Notes: generated by a model not told the origin, from the sequence alone. Counted from the first letter of the stretch, positions 1 to 9,379 are shown. The stretch is 19,589 nt of DNA from Pelomyxa schiedti (GCA_020536535.1 JAHLWZ010000184.1:12209-31797); one strand, 5' to 3'. Made by a program: numbers and translations.

Positions 1-180
1 GCCGATAGCAGTGGGTGTCTTGGCTCGGCGACGAGCAGAAGGACCGCCGATTATGGGACGTTCTGGGCTGATGGGCAGCCACATGGAGTGAGGGTTGAGC
101 CTGAGAGGTTGTTTGAGTCACAGAGCACAGTCTCAGGCTCTTGGTTGCACCGAGTTGTCCCAGTTGCGTGTTTGTTGCAG

Positions 181-283
181 TTGCTTTGGGTTTTGGTTTT
201 GGTTTTGGCTTTTGTTTTTGTTTTGGCTTTTTCTTTTGCTTCTGCTTTTGCGTTTGTTTTTGTTTTTTTGAGCCTGACACTAA
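181..283. repeat. Imperfect T/G-rich microsatellite (TTTTGG / TTTTGC / TTTTTG units)
   Basis: Direct reading: ttgctttgggttttggttttggttttggcttttgtttttgttttggctttttcttttgc... lies immediately upstream of a CACTAAC...CAAG acceptor at 297. It is probably intronic or intergenic. Confidence 0.8.
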
Positions 284-297
284 CGCAATCTTTCAAG

Positions 298-3200
298 GTT
301 TTTGATGCCTCTGATGTGTGTGGAGGAATGCCATACTTTCCTGAATCGTACTTTGTTATACGCCGGGATGTTATGAAGCGCACTTGCGGCACAATAGATA
401 AAGTGATGGTAGTGGAACTGCACGCTGCAGACGGTAACAATATTTTCAGAAGCAGAACAAGGCTCATGTTTCCAAACAGAATCTCCATATCTAAGAATCG
501 TTCTCACCCAAGGGTCTCCTTCAGCGTTTGAAAGGGGTCGGGCGTCATCCCAAATGCAATTTGCTAGTACAATGCACGATGCACTTGTCATCTATGCTTC
601 TATACTTCGTGAAAGGGTGAAGTGGGAAGACGGGAAACTCTGGCTGTTCACTCACTCCTAATAGACAATGCATAACAAGTACAAGAAGATGTTACTGGCT
701 TCCTCCAAATATGGCACAAGCATTGGTTGAACATTGCTGTTAAAATGCGTTTTAATACCTCTTACAGGCCTCCCAAGGCTTATTCCCTTAGCAGTGGCCA
801 ATCTATTAGAAGTCCTTTACAAAGAAACGACTGTGTCCTTGTCCTTACATGGCACTGACTCACTCCCTGCAATATCTCCTCCGCAGATTACAAAAGCTTT
901 CTCCATTTTACAGAAAGTTTTTCAAGTATGAACCTTCAAGCTATAACATTGAAAGAGTGAACGTGTGTAGGCTTTGGAGAACAGTGATCCTCTCGATGAC
1001 ACAACGGCAGAAAGTCTTTCCTCTGAGTTTTTTTCTGCCATTTCAGGAAAGAAACAACTTGTACAATTCCTATTTGTTTTGTCCTTGGCTAAGTTACGTT
1101 TCAGATTAACACTTCAGACAAAGCCAATGAATGGACTTTGTTTTTGCAAAATCTGAAGGACGTGAGTTCTCTTTCTGAATCATCCTTGGATTTAGTGTCC
1201 GTGAATTTGGATGTGGATATCCTGTAAGTGTTCTGGATTAAAAGAAAGTAATAACACCCGTCTCCTTCCAGATACCATTCTATTGCATGCGATATCTCGG
1301 TATTGTCAAATGAAACCTCAGAGTACATGAACGTCTATGACTTTATTGAGAAGCACAATTCAAGTAAGTTTAAAATTGGAACAATTTACCGGGTCCACCG
1401 CCACATGGATTTCACCAATTTTGACTCTACTATTGGAAACGAAACTAATCTCTTTCATGGATCCCCTACAGGTGATTGACCAAAAGATGAATTAACGAGG
1501 GACCAACTCCTAATTACAGGCACCTGGCTGGGAATCTTGTCCAGGGGCATGATTCTTCCAATGATAGTCTCCACCAAATACCATGTGCAACGAAATGGAG
1601 GAAATTTAGGAGGTGCATTATATTATACCGATGATTTGAGTGCATCTCTCAAGTACACAACGCCTTCTAATGAAGGTGTACGGTATGCTTCCATACCACA
1701 CTCACACAGGCTCTCAACCCTTTTTTAGGTACATCTCTATTTCGCGTGTGGCTCTTGGCAAGGTCAAAGATTTCACCCAATTTTGCCCCTCACTTCATTG
1801 TGCACCTTCCGGCTTCAACAGTTGTCATGGTGTGAAATCATCACCCCTTGTTAGAAGCAATTTTGAAGACAATGAGTACTTCGCACTCTCATCTATTGAT
1901 TTGGTCTAAATGATTTGAGATATGCTATTTTCCAAACCTCTCAGCAGTACCTGCAGTTTTTGGTCGAGATCCTTGATGCCGAAGTGGTGCCTTGCACAAA
2001 ACGAAGAACTATAAATCCTCCCCCAGTCCCAACGCCACTGCGCACAGCAAAAGCTCCTATCACAAAGTACGTTGAGCCTGATGACCCTGAACTATGGTCA
2101 AAAAAGGTTGGTGACTTTCTGACTATAAACTTCTAACGTAGAAACTAGAAAAAACCAAAAGAACAATGTGGATTGATGTCAGATACAGGTCAGCCAATCC
2201 CATTACAAGCTGTGAGCATTCATGCCAAATTAGTTGGTCTGTGAAACCTTTTTTTAGCAATCGAACTAACATCGACAGATATTGTTGGCCAAGTGGTTGT
2301 TCTGCAAGAATACTTCAATTCGAGCAGCACCGCAATTGAAGCTAAATATGTTTTCCCTCTGGATGAAAAATCGGCCGTTGTTGGCTTCGAGTGCTTTATA
2401 GCAGGCATGCAGGGCACCAGTTTTCAAATATTAATTCCACTTTTCAGATAAACATATTATTGGGGTAGTAAAAGAGAAGGAAGAGGCTCATCGGGAGTAT
2501 AAAGAAGCAATAGAACGAGGAGATGGAGCCTACCTCCTTGATGAAGCCCAACCAAATGTATTCACTGTATCAGTTGGCAATCTTCCTCCAAGCACCAATG
2601 TCATAATAAAAATTACGTGTAAGAGGAGCTTCCCTCCTATTTTGCACTAAAGAATTTCCAAGATATCACCGAAATTGAGTCTGAAGGTGATGCACGGAAA
2701 TTCATTTGCCCTTCCTCCTTGGTTGCAAAACAAAAATTCTCAGCCCTAGACCATATGAACCAAGTCACAACTAAGTCAATAAATGTTTCTCAGTCTCAGG
2801 TATTTCCACCCACACAAGCAAGGTGAATAATTCCACAAGGGATCCTTTTCAATGGAGATATCTGTTAATATGCCTAATCTCATTCGTTCCATTGAAAGTA
2901 CTTCACATTCCATAAGATACAAATATACAGCAAAGAAAGCTACAATACTTTGGATAGAAGGTACTCCAACTACAATTGGTTTGCGAGTGAACACCCTTCA
3001 GAGAACCCGACAAGTGATTTCACACTCCTGGTGCACTTATCTGACAGCCATGTACCGTTTATGTGGATTGAAACTGCTCCTCCTGAAGTGTCCGTACCTG
3101 ATTCTGAAAGGAATGTGGCTATGGTGGTGATGTACCCTGAACTCGCGGAACTTAACGAACTGGAATCTCAATGTATTTTTTCCCATTTTCACGATGAAGC

Positions 3201-4409
3201 ACTTTCAGTGCTCACTAGATATTCTCATTGTCGATCAATCTTGCAGCATGTCAGATTCGCTCCTCCTTACGAAACAGGTTGCGTCACATATCGGTACCTT
3301 GTTAAATAAGTCTTTTTCCTTTCTAACATAGCATTTCAGTGTCTTTGATCCCGGCTTTCTCCCTATTTAATGTTGTGGCATATGGCTCGTTTTATGATTT
3401 CTTGTTTGCTTCTTCTATGCCATGCACAGCACATACAACTGAGGAAGCTACTACATATATTCAGGCAAATAGCTTTTTATTTCTTAATGTTAATACATAC
3501 ACAGTCACTACAAGCTGACTGGGGCGCAAGCCTTCTATGGCCTGTCATAAAATCAGTTATTACCACTCTAGAATGGCAGTCGAGATGCAAGCAATCAAAA
3601 TGCTCAGGAACTACGAATATCCTACTAGTGTCCGATGGTGATTTCACCCACGAAAATCAAGTTATTCAGGTTGACAATTACTGATCTGAATACAACCCAG
3701 TCTCAATGCTAGCAGATGGTTGCAGACCATTGCCGCAAAGTTCCGAGCACTCGCTTTTTTACTTTTGGAATCGGTCAAAACGTCAATAAACAGAACTTGA
3801 CCAGAATATCCCGTCTTGGCTGTGGTGCCACGACATTTATTGAATCCAGCAATTCTGTGAGGCAACAGGTCCAATAGTGGCTCTTTGTTATTTCTTTTCT
3901 TAATTCATTCAGGTTAAACTTCAGCTAAGTCGTACGAGGCAAGCCTCCCTGAGCAACACAGTAATTGAGTGGAGCAATTGTAGTGCCGAGACAGAACATG
4001 CACCAAAGAATATACAGACTTTATTCAGCAATGACAGACTACTTGTATTTCGTTTTGTGCCTGAATCATGCCACAAGGTGATCGGCCAAATATCTAAGTT
4101 ATTTTTGACTTCATTCTCATGCAGGTTACACTGAAATCGTACGGCAGTAGCATGCTGACAGCGTACCAGTGCACAATTGTTTCAAATTTAGCCGAGAGGC
4201 TCACAGGAATGACCTTGCACAGACTTTGTGCCCGAGCAAAGACGAGGTTTGTCTTGGTTGGACTCAAATAGAAAGTGAAACCCTGCAGAGACTGGGAGGA
4301 CTTGGCCTTTGAAGATTCAACACTCAAGGACCTGGTAATAAGTTATGATATACATGACATTAATATTCCTCCACCAAGCAAAAACGAGATATACTGGAAC
4401 TGGCACTAA
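298..4409 (+). CDS. Vault poly(ADP-ribose) polymerase (PARP4)-like gene (PARP helical regulatory domain + ART catalytic domain + VIT + vWA + C-terminal region). It is multi-exon and may be a pseudogene or carry sequence errors.
   Basis: Exons were chained by frame and GT-AG sites. They are: 298-433 (uncertain), 768-925, 971-1139, 1196-1223, 1272-1471, 1520-1682, 1729-1875, 1920-2106, 2149-2236, 2279-2404/2419, 2448-2618, 2663-2799, 2840-2960, 3002-~3171, 3209-3293, 3340-3464, 3505-3669, 3716-3868, 3913-4077, 4125-4247, 4289-~4409. Introns are 40-56 nt.

Motifs read directly:
- Helical regulatory domain: ...PPQITKAFSILQKVFQ|ALENSDPLDDTTAESLSSEFFSAI...
- Catalytic domain: NLFHGSPTGTWLGILSRG, GGNLGGALYYTDDLSASLKYT, ISRVALGKV, FEDNE|YAIFQ. 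The H-Y-E triad is present.
- VIT: IVGQVVVLQEYFN...AKYVFPLDEKSAVVGFE, KHIIGVVKEKEEAHREYKEAIERGDGAYLLDEAQPNVFTVSVGNLPP.
- vWA: ILIVDQSCSMSD (MIDAS), NILLVSDGD, FTFGIGQNVN, RISRLGCGATTFIE.

The order of domains matches vault PARP. Problems: an extra C near 4199-4201 shifts the frame (...SNLAER then LTGMTLHRLCARAKT). Two junctions are best explained by GC-AG introns (2405-2447, 3465-3504). One junction (3172-3208) has no canonical solution. Confidence 0.7.
768..2106 (+). CDS. PARP helical (regulatory) domain + ADP-ribosyltransferase catalytic domain exons of the PARP4-like gene
   Basis: The HGS motif (LFHGS at ~1453-1467), the Y of GALYYTDD and the E of DNE|Y form an H-Y-E triad. The alpha-helical domain motifs PLG.LS..QI..A.SIL sit upstream. 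Introns are 44-56 nt with CTAAC-like branch sites, for example ttctaac upstream of the AG at 2148. Confidence 0.75.
2149..2799 (+). CDS. VIT (vault protein inter-alpha-trypsin) domain exons of the PARP4-like gene
   Basis: MSDTGQPIPLQAVSIHAKLV|DIVGQVVVLQEYFNSSSTAIEAKYVFPLDEKSAVVGFECFIA...KHIIGVVKEKEEAHREYKEAIERGDGAYLLDEAQPNVFTVSVGNLPPSTNVIIKITY|ITEIESEGDARKFICPSSL. This is the canonical VIT core (FPLD...AVxxFE...GxVKEKEEA...GxxAYLL...VFxxxVGNLPP). Confidence 0.75.
3209..3868 (+). CDS. von Willebrand factor type A (vWA) domain exons of the PARP4-like gene
   Basis: CSLDILIVDQSCSMSDSLLLTKQVASHI|VSLIPAFSLFNVVAYGSFYDF...EEATTYIQ|SLQADWGASLLWPVIKSV...GTTNILLVSDGDFTHENQVIQ|MVADHCRKVPSTRFFTFGIGQNVNKQNLTRISRLGCGATTFIESSNS. 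The MIDAS DxSxS motif, the TDG-like SDG and the GIG / SGG motifs are all present. Confidence 0.7.
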
Positions 4410-4983
4410 GATATTCCCTCGCCACAACCCTGACATCTTTCATTGCGATTGAGGTTCCTTTCCCTCCTCTTAAAACTACTTCTCAACAAACAAAAGGAAC
4501 GCGACGACACGGAAAAGTTAGGGTATCAAAACCGACTCTACTAAACTGCACTAACGCAATTAGAACCTTGAAGAAGCCCACACCCACTTTACATTCTCTT
4601 GCCAACAAGGAGAAGACTGACGAAATTCCCTTCTGTACGAACTGGAAAACCCAATCTCTTTCTGAGAAACTGTTGCAATTCACTTTTATCCCTTTTGCTT
4701 TCTTACTATTCGATGGCAGACATTCACCTAGCAAGGCCTTGAGTAAAAGAAGAGCAGGAAGGAACAGGACCGTTTATGATGCATGGTCTCCAGAAATACA
4801 TCGTGCCGAACCGCAACTACAAGTGAAGGATCCTTGTAAGAGTAATAACATCTGAACCAAATCTCACTTTCTGAAGATTGGACACTGACCTGGGAAGAAA
4901 ACCACGAAAAGACATATACGTATAAAACGAAAGGGAAAGATATCGATAAAAGGGTAGACCAACATTCTATTGAACTTCCCTCC

Positions 4984-5514
4984 ATGTCCGCAGTCCTGGA
5001 CTGTTGTGGCTCTGTTTGCCTTTGTATTTTCTGCTTGCCTTGCCTTTGCCTACTTGGGGGCTGTGGCGGTACACTGTCAGCAAAGGCCGCGCCTAGGACC
5101 TTTGGCAAACAATATGCCATGAAATGTGATGACGAGTATGATGATGACTGGAGTGTTCCATGTTCTGCTCCAGCTGCTTCCATTGCATGTGGGCATGGGC
5201 GTTCTTTGGCACTTGGTGGTTTGCCTGGCAGCCAAGTGGAAACAACTATTAAAGCGTCAAGACGGGGACCATCACCTGCAACTCACCGGCATCACAAACA
5301 TGCGCACTTAGCTCCACCACCCCCTCAAGCATCTCCCAAGAATCAAAAGACACCAGACAAACCGAGTAACCTCTTACAACAAATCCAAAACGGCAAGCAA
5401 CTTAAAAAAGAGGAACCAAAATCTGGAAAGAGGGATGTCGATATGAGAGTGAGGCCTTCTGATGATATTGACTACATGAAACCAAGTAATTTCCAGCTTA
5501 GCTACCATCCATAA
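4984..5514 (+). CDS. ORF with a Cys-rich N-terminus, an acidic-Trp motif, a poly-Pro tract and a WH2-like actin-binding motif. It may be an upstream exon or UTR of the downstream Rab-like gene.
   Basis: MSAVLDCCGSVCLCIFCLPCLCLL...CDDEYDDDWS...LAPPPPQASP...DKPSNLLQQIQNGKQLKKEEP. The LLxxIxxGxxLKK pattern matches the WH2 consensus. The frame is open to 5514, and its codons ...DYMKPS continue in frame into a possible start at 5476 for the next gene. No splice model was confirmed. Confidence 0.25.
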   Translation: MSAVLDCCGSVCLCIFCLPCLCLLGGCGGTLSAKAAPRTFGKQYAMKCDDEYDDDWSVPCSAPAASIACGHGRSLALGGLPGSQVETTIKASRRGPSPATHRHHKHAHLAPPPPQASPKNQKTPDKPSNLLQQIQNGKQLKKEEPKSGKRDVDMRVRPSDDIDYMKPSNFQLSYHP

Positions 5515-6345
5515 CTTATTTTTTGTACTTTTGATTTTTCAAGGTGCAGCTCGGTCCTCGAACCGCAATACTGCAGCTGCCGCAGCCACAACAACAAGTT
5601 CAACAACTACAACCGCAGGCACTTCGGCTAGCAAACCGGCTGCAGCCGTGAGCCTTGGTGGAAAATTCTGTGAGTATTCAGAAGCAACCATTGGAGCTGC
5701 ATTTCAATGTGTTGGTGTAAAAACACCAAATGGAAATGCAAAGTTGGAGGTTTTGGTGTGTCCTTTCGTTTTCTTTCTAACTCAACACTCAGTTATGGGA
5801 TACTGCCGGACAAGGTATATCTCCGTTTGTTTACCGCTTTACATACTCATAACCCTCACAGAACGATATAGGAGTCTTTCACCTATGGTAACCAGCTTTC
5901 GTATTTCTTTTCCTATTCAACTCATTGTCATTCCAGTATTACCGCGGAGCAACTGCCGCCATGGTCGTGTATGCCATTCCATTCAATTCCTTCCGAACAA
6001 ACAAGAAAGCAACCAACCGCTAACTACTTCCCCTCATATCCAGTTACGATATCACATCAATGGAATCATTCACACTAGCCAGACAATGGATGGATGAACT
6101 CAAAATGAGAGCACCCCCAGATATTGTTGTAATACTATTGGGAAACAAACTCGACTTGGCCGAAAAACGCCAGGTGAGTTGTTCCGCTGCCATCCCATAA
6201 GTTGCTCTCTAACAGTCCGTTTTGTAACGAAAAGGTGTCTACGGGAGCCGGAAGCAGCCTGGCCGCCGAATACGGGATTCAATTCTTTGAAGTGTCAGCC
6301 AAGACAACGGAAAATCTATCGGCCGCCATATCTGCTATGGTATCA
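5476..6345 (+). CDS. Rab5-like small GTPase, multi-exon. It is atypical: no recognisable P-loop and no obvious C-terminal prenylation cysteines.
   Basis: Exons: 5476-5485 (putative ATG AAA CCA A), 5544-5749, 5793-5814, 5862-5887, 5937-5968, 6044-6173, 6235-~6345. Introns are 42-75 nt with ttctaac, cgctaac and ctctaac branch motifs.

Spliced product: ...EATIGAAFQCVGVKTPNGNAKLE|LWDTAGQ|ERYRSLSPM|YYRGATAAMVV|YDITSMESFTLARQWMDELKMRAPPDIVVILLGNKLDLAEKRQ|VSTGAGSSLAAEYGIQFFEVSAKTTENLSAAISAM. The RabF/G-box motifs (TIGAAF, WDTAGQERY, YDIT, GNKxDL, ETSAKT) match Rab5.

In place of QFKLVLLGESAVGKSS the sequence encodes AAAAATTTSSTTTTAGTSASKPAAAVSL. The 3' end is unresolved. Confidence 0.55.
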
Positions 6346-6696
6346 GGTTTTAATCTGCAACTGCGGAGCCCTTTTAACTCACACCGATAGAAATTTTTGC
6401 GAACCCCAAGTCCCGCGCCATGAAAGGCACGTATTATCTATTCCATAACTCCACCACAACCAAACAAAACTCCCACACGCACCCACAATCAAGATGCTAA
6501 CCCCACATCAGTCGTGGTAGTGGGTGGTACCAACGTTGGAAAGTCCAGCATCAACCAACGGCTCTCCGGGTCCTCCCTATCTGTAGATAAAGACGTACCA
6601 GACCCGTCATTCCCACCATCCCGACCTTATTCTTCTCAGCACCATCAAAAACACAAACACTGCCTGTGATGTGATAAATAATGCAACAGACCGGAA

Positions 6697-6745
6697 AAGA
6701 ATTCGGTTCTAGAACCGTTGCCCAACGGTTCAAAAAAACAAAAAA
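6697..6745. repeat. Cluster of short perfect palindromes / hairpins followed by an A-tract. It lies 3' of the Rab5-like gene and may be a 3'-end or terminator-like element, or a tiny inverted-repeat element.
   Basis: gaattCGGTTCTAGAACCGttgcccaacggttcaaaaaaacaaaaaaaaac. CGGTTC/GAACCG is a perfect palindrome around TA. The overlapping AACCGTTG..CAACGGTT is a second stem with a 2-nt loop. A cacccgttcgg follows the A-run. Confidence 0.3.
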
Positions 6746-7321
6746 AAACACCCGTTCGGCTGAACAAATGAGTGGGTAACCCCATCGAGCACCGCACCCA
6801 TAGTCATAGCTTTTTTTTCCTCAATTGCATGTCCTTTTAAAATGGGTTTCTGTGCGTCGTTTTTTTTTTTTTAAACAAACAAGGGCTGTTTGGCTCCACA
6901 CCACACAGGTCACACCAACGACGGTTTCGCCGCTCTTATCAACGCCGGCGCGACCAGCGACGTCTCGCGGGCGGTTTCCAAGTCGAAGATCGTGTGGGAG
7001 TGGGTGCTCCCCTGGCTGCTCCCCGAGTCGCTCCTCGCCCCGCCGGATCCGTGCCACCACTTCCCGCTGCAATTCAAGCACGGGGTGACACTGTGCCGGA
7101 TCGCTGAGGCCATGTTCCCCCTCGTCGGGCGCGCGTGCAAGTCCATCGTGGCTCGGTGGGAGAGCTGGTGGATTGCCCTCCAATGCGCGGGGGAGGCCGG
7201 GAGCAGGCTGTGCGTGGGCTGGCTGCTGAGGAACAGGAAGAGACGCCCGCAAGTGTGTGCTGCTGCTGCTGCTGATGGTGGTGGTGGTGGGGGTGATGAT
7301 GAAGAGACTAGGAGGAGGGGG

Positions 7322-9143
7322 ATGATGAGGACGAGGAGGAGGGGGAACAAGGTGTTTCTGAGTGTGCTGGAGGGACTGTGTACTGGTGGCCATTTGGGGA
7401 TGGCTCAGAGCCTCGTGGATCCTCATCTCCGTGACCATGGTGATGGTTGTTGTGGCTGGGCAGCGGGTCTTGGGTTGGCGTGGCTGGATGATGACGAGGA
7501 GTGTGTGGTGGACAACGGTCTGGTTGACCACGTGAGGGCTTCTGAGTTGCTCAAGAGAGTGTGTCAGAAGGGCCACATGGAGGTGGCAAAGTGGGTGGTT
7601 GAGAGGTTCATGGTGAGGGAGACCTGGGAGTTTGTTGAGCCACTTTCAGCGGCTGCTTCAGGGGGGCACTTGGAGTTGGCTCAGTGGATGGTGGACACTT
7701 TTGACTTGGCCCTGGAGTTCAGTGGTTGTTCTTGGATTACTTTTAATATCTACACAAATGCATGCAGGAGTGAGAACGTGGAAGTCGTGAAATGGTGCCT
7801 GGAAACATTTCGTGTGAATGACCAAATCAGTATCGGCTTCAGCTGGTTATGGGGAAAATCAAGCAAGAGTGTGAAAGTGTGCCAGCTAATGAAGGAGCTC
7901 ATTAGTTATACTCCATCCACTGATGCGTTCGGTCGAATCTGCACTCTGGATGTTCTGAAGTGGGCAGTTTCTTCATATCCTGCATTTAGCAATCCCATAG
8001 AGGAGAACCGGGAGACACTGTGTGCAGGACCAGAAGGTGTTCAGTTTTGCCAGTGGCTCGTTGAGGAGCGGTCTTTCACACCAACACCTTCGATGTTTCA
8101 AGCAGCCTGCAACAACGCCAAAGACAACCCACAGACTGCAAAGTGGTTATTATCAAAAGGAGTACCACTATCACCAGAGGTTATCTGTGATTCGTTCAGC
8201 AGTTCGTTGGCCCGCAGCAACACCTCAATTGCCTCCTGGTTGGATCAGACCTTTCACATCTTGAATCCGCCAATGTCTACTCCTGCCAGCGTGTCTGACA
8301 CTACATGTTCCATTTTTGTTGCTATCTGCCAGAAAGTGCAGCGTTATGATCCAAGTGTGGATGGAATCGAATGGTTTCTGAACCACTCCTCAATGAAAGG
8401 TGCTGCTGAGTCTGTTATTGTTGACTCTATTGAGGTCCTGCTGAACGAGTCATCGTTCCAGCCTGTCATACTCATCATGGAAAAGTTCGCAATCTCTGAA
8501 CCAAAGAGGACCGAACTTCTCGTCCGCGTTCTGAATGTCTGTGTTCAAAATGCCAGTGTGTCAGCAGTAAAAAAGGTGGTTTCCATGGGTGAGTTCTCAC
8601 AAGAGTCTGTTGCAAAATGCCTCTCATGCGGAGTTTGTGACCCCAAAGCAACTAAGTGGCTCATGGCCCAGCTTGAGCATCACACCTCACTTGACAAGAA
8701 CATGATTCTATTTAATATGATATCATGGGGTCAAGGGAGCTGTGCAGAGTGGTTCATCAACAAGTTCCACATCACACTTGATGAGGTACGCCCCTACACC
8801 CCTCCCCACTCCTTTTCCTTACAACTTTCACCCACTTTTGTTGCAGTTCCTGCACCTCAAGTGGGAAAAGGATTCCTTTGTTTGTATTGACTTGTTCACA
8901 TGGAAAGTGATACAACGAGTGTTCCCAGGGCTCACAGCAGACATGATCAAAGAGAAATTCATTCCACTTGTGTGCCGGTCACCAGTCATTGCACAGGTTG
9001 CAATGAAGAGGTTCCCACAACTGACCATGGATGACATCCTGGCATTCTGTTCCAGCACACCGCACTACCACTTCGCTGTTCCCACTCGTTTGTGGTTGAG
9101 GAACCACGATCCTCTCATTTGGAAGAACTCATTGCACTACTGA
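7322..9143 (+). CDS. Ankyrin-like repeat protein (degenerate ANK repeats with GHLEVAKW-type helices), two exons
   Basis: A long open frame runs from 6890 (no ATG until 7112 or 7322) to 8785. GTACGC...TTGCAG marks a 61-nt intron (8786-8846). Exon 2 (8847-9143) is in frame and ends TGA.

Repeated units read directly: CTGGHLGMAQSLVD, VCQKGHMEVAKWVVERF, AASGGHLELAQWMVDTF, ACRSENVEVVKWCLETF, ACNNAKDNPQTAKWLLSKG, DPKATKWLMAQL, SCAEWFINKF. These are ankyrin-like alpha-hairpin repeats lacking TPLH. The start codon is uncertain (7322 ATGATG is preferred; 7112 is possible). Confidence 0.6.
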
Positions 9144-9379
9144 TTCAATATTTAATTGCTTGCTTTTTTGCTTTGAAAAGTCCGGGTGGAGACCTTTTCT
9201 AAATCTTTTAAAAAAGAACAAACTGTAACACAAACCTCTTCGGCACTATTCAACCACAACGTTGTCCACAGAGTCATTGACATTTGACTCCGCAACCTAA
9301 TTGGGAAGTCTGTGTGCTCTTGGCCTGCTACAGTGTCAGTGTTCAGACCCAAAAGGGTAGCCAAGTTAAGGTGGTAGTG

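Noticed and set aside
2420-2447. 28-nt GT-AG micro-intron. Also a 22-nt candidate at 3310-3331 and a 16-nt candidate at 3489-3504 in the PARP4-like gene.
   Set aside because: All other introns here are at least 40 nt. Alternative joins of 43, 46 and 40 nt restore exact colinearity with the VIT/vWA family: a GC donor at 2405, a GT donor at 3294, and a GC donor at 3465. These were preferred. Micro-introns cannot be excluded without RNA data.
6821-7576. 251-aa minus-strand ORF (Pro-rich, PPPPRPHHPPPP...) and the nested 146-aa ORF at 6910-7350
   Set aside because: These are the reverse complement of the GC-rich 5' block of the ankyrin frame. The low-complexity Pro/Ala/Ser-rich translation is typical of an artefactual open frame in GC-rich DNA. 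No motifs were found.
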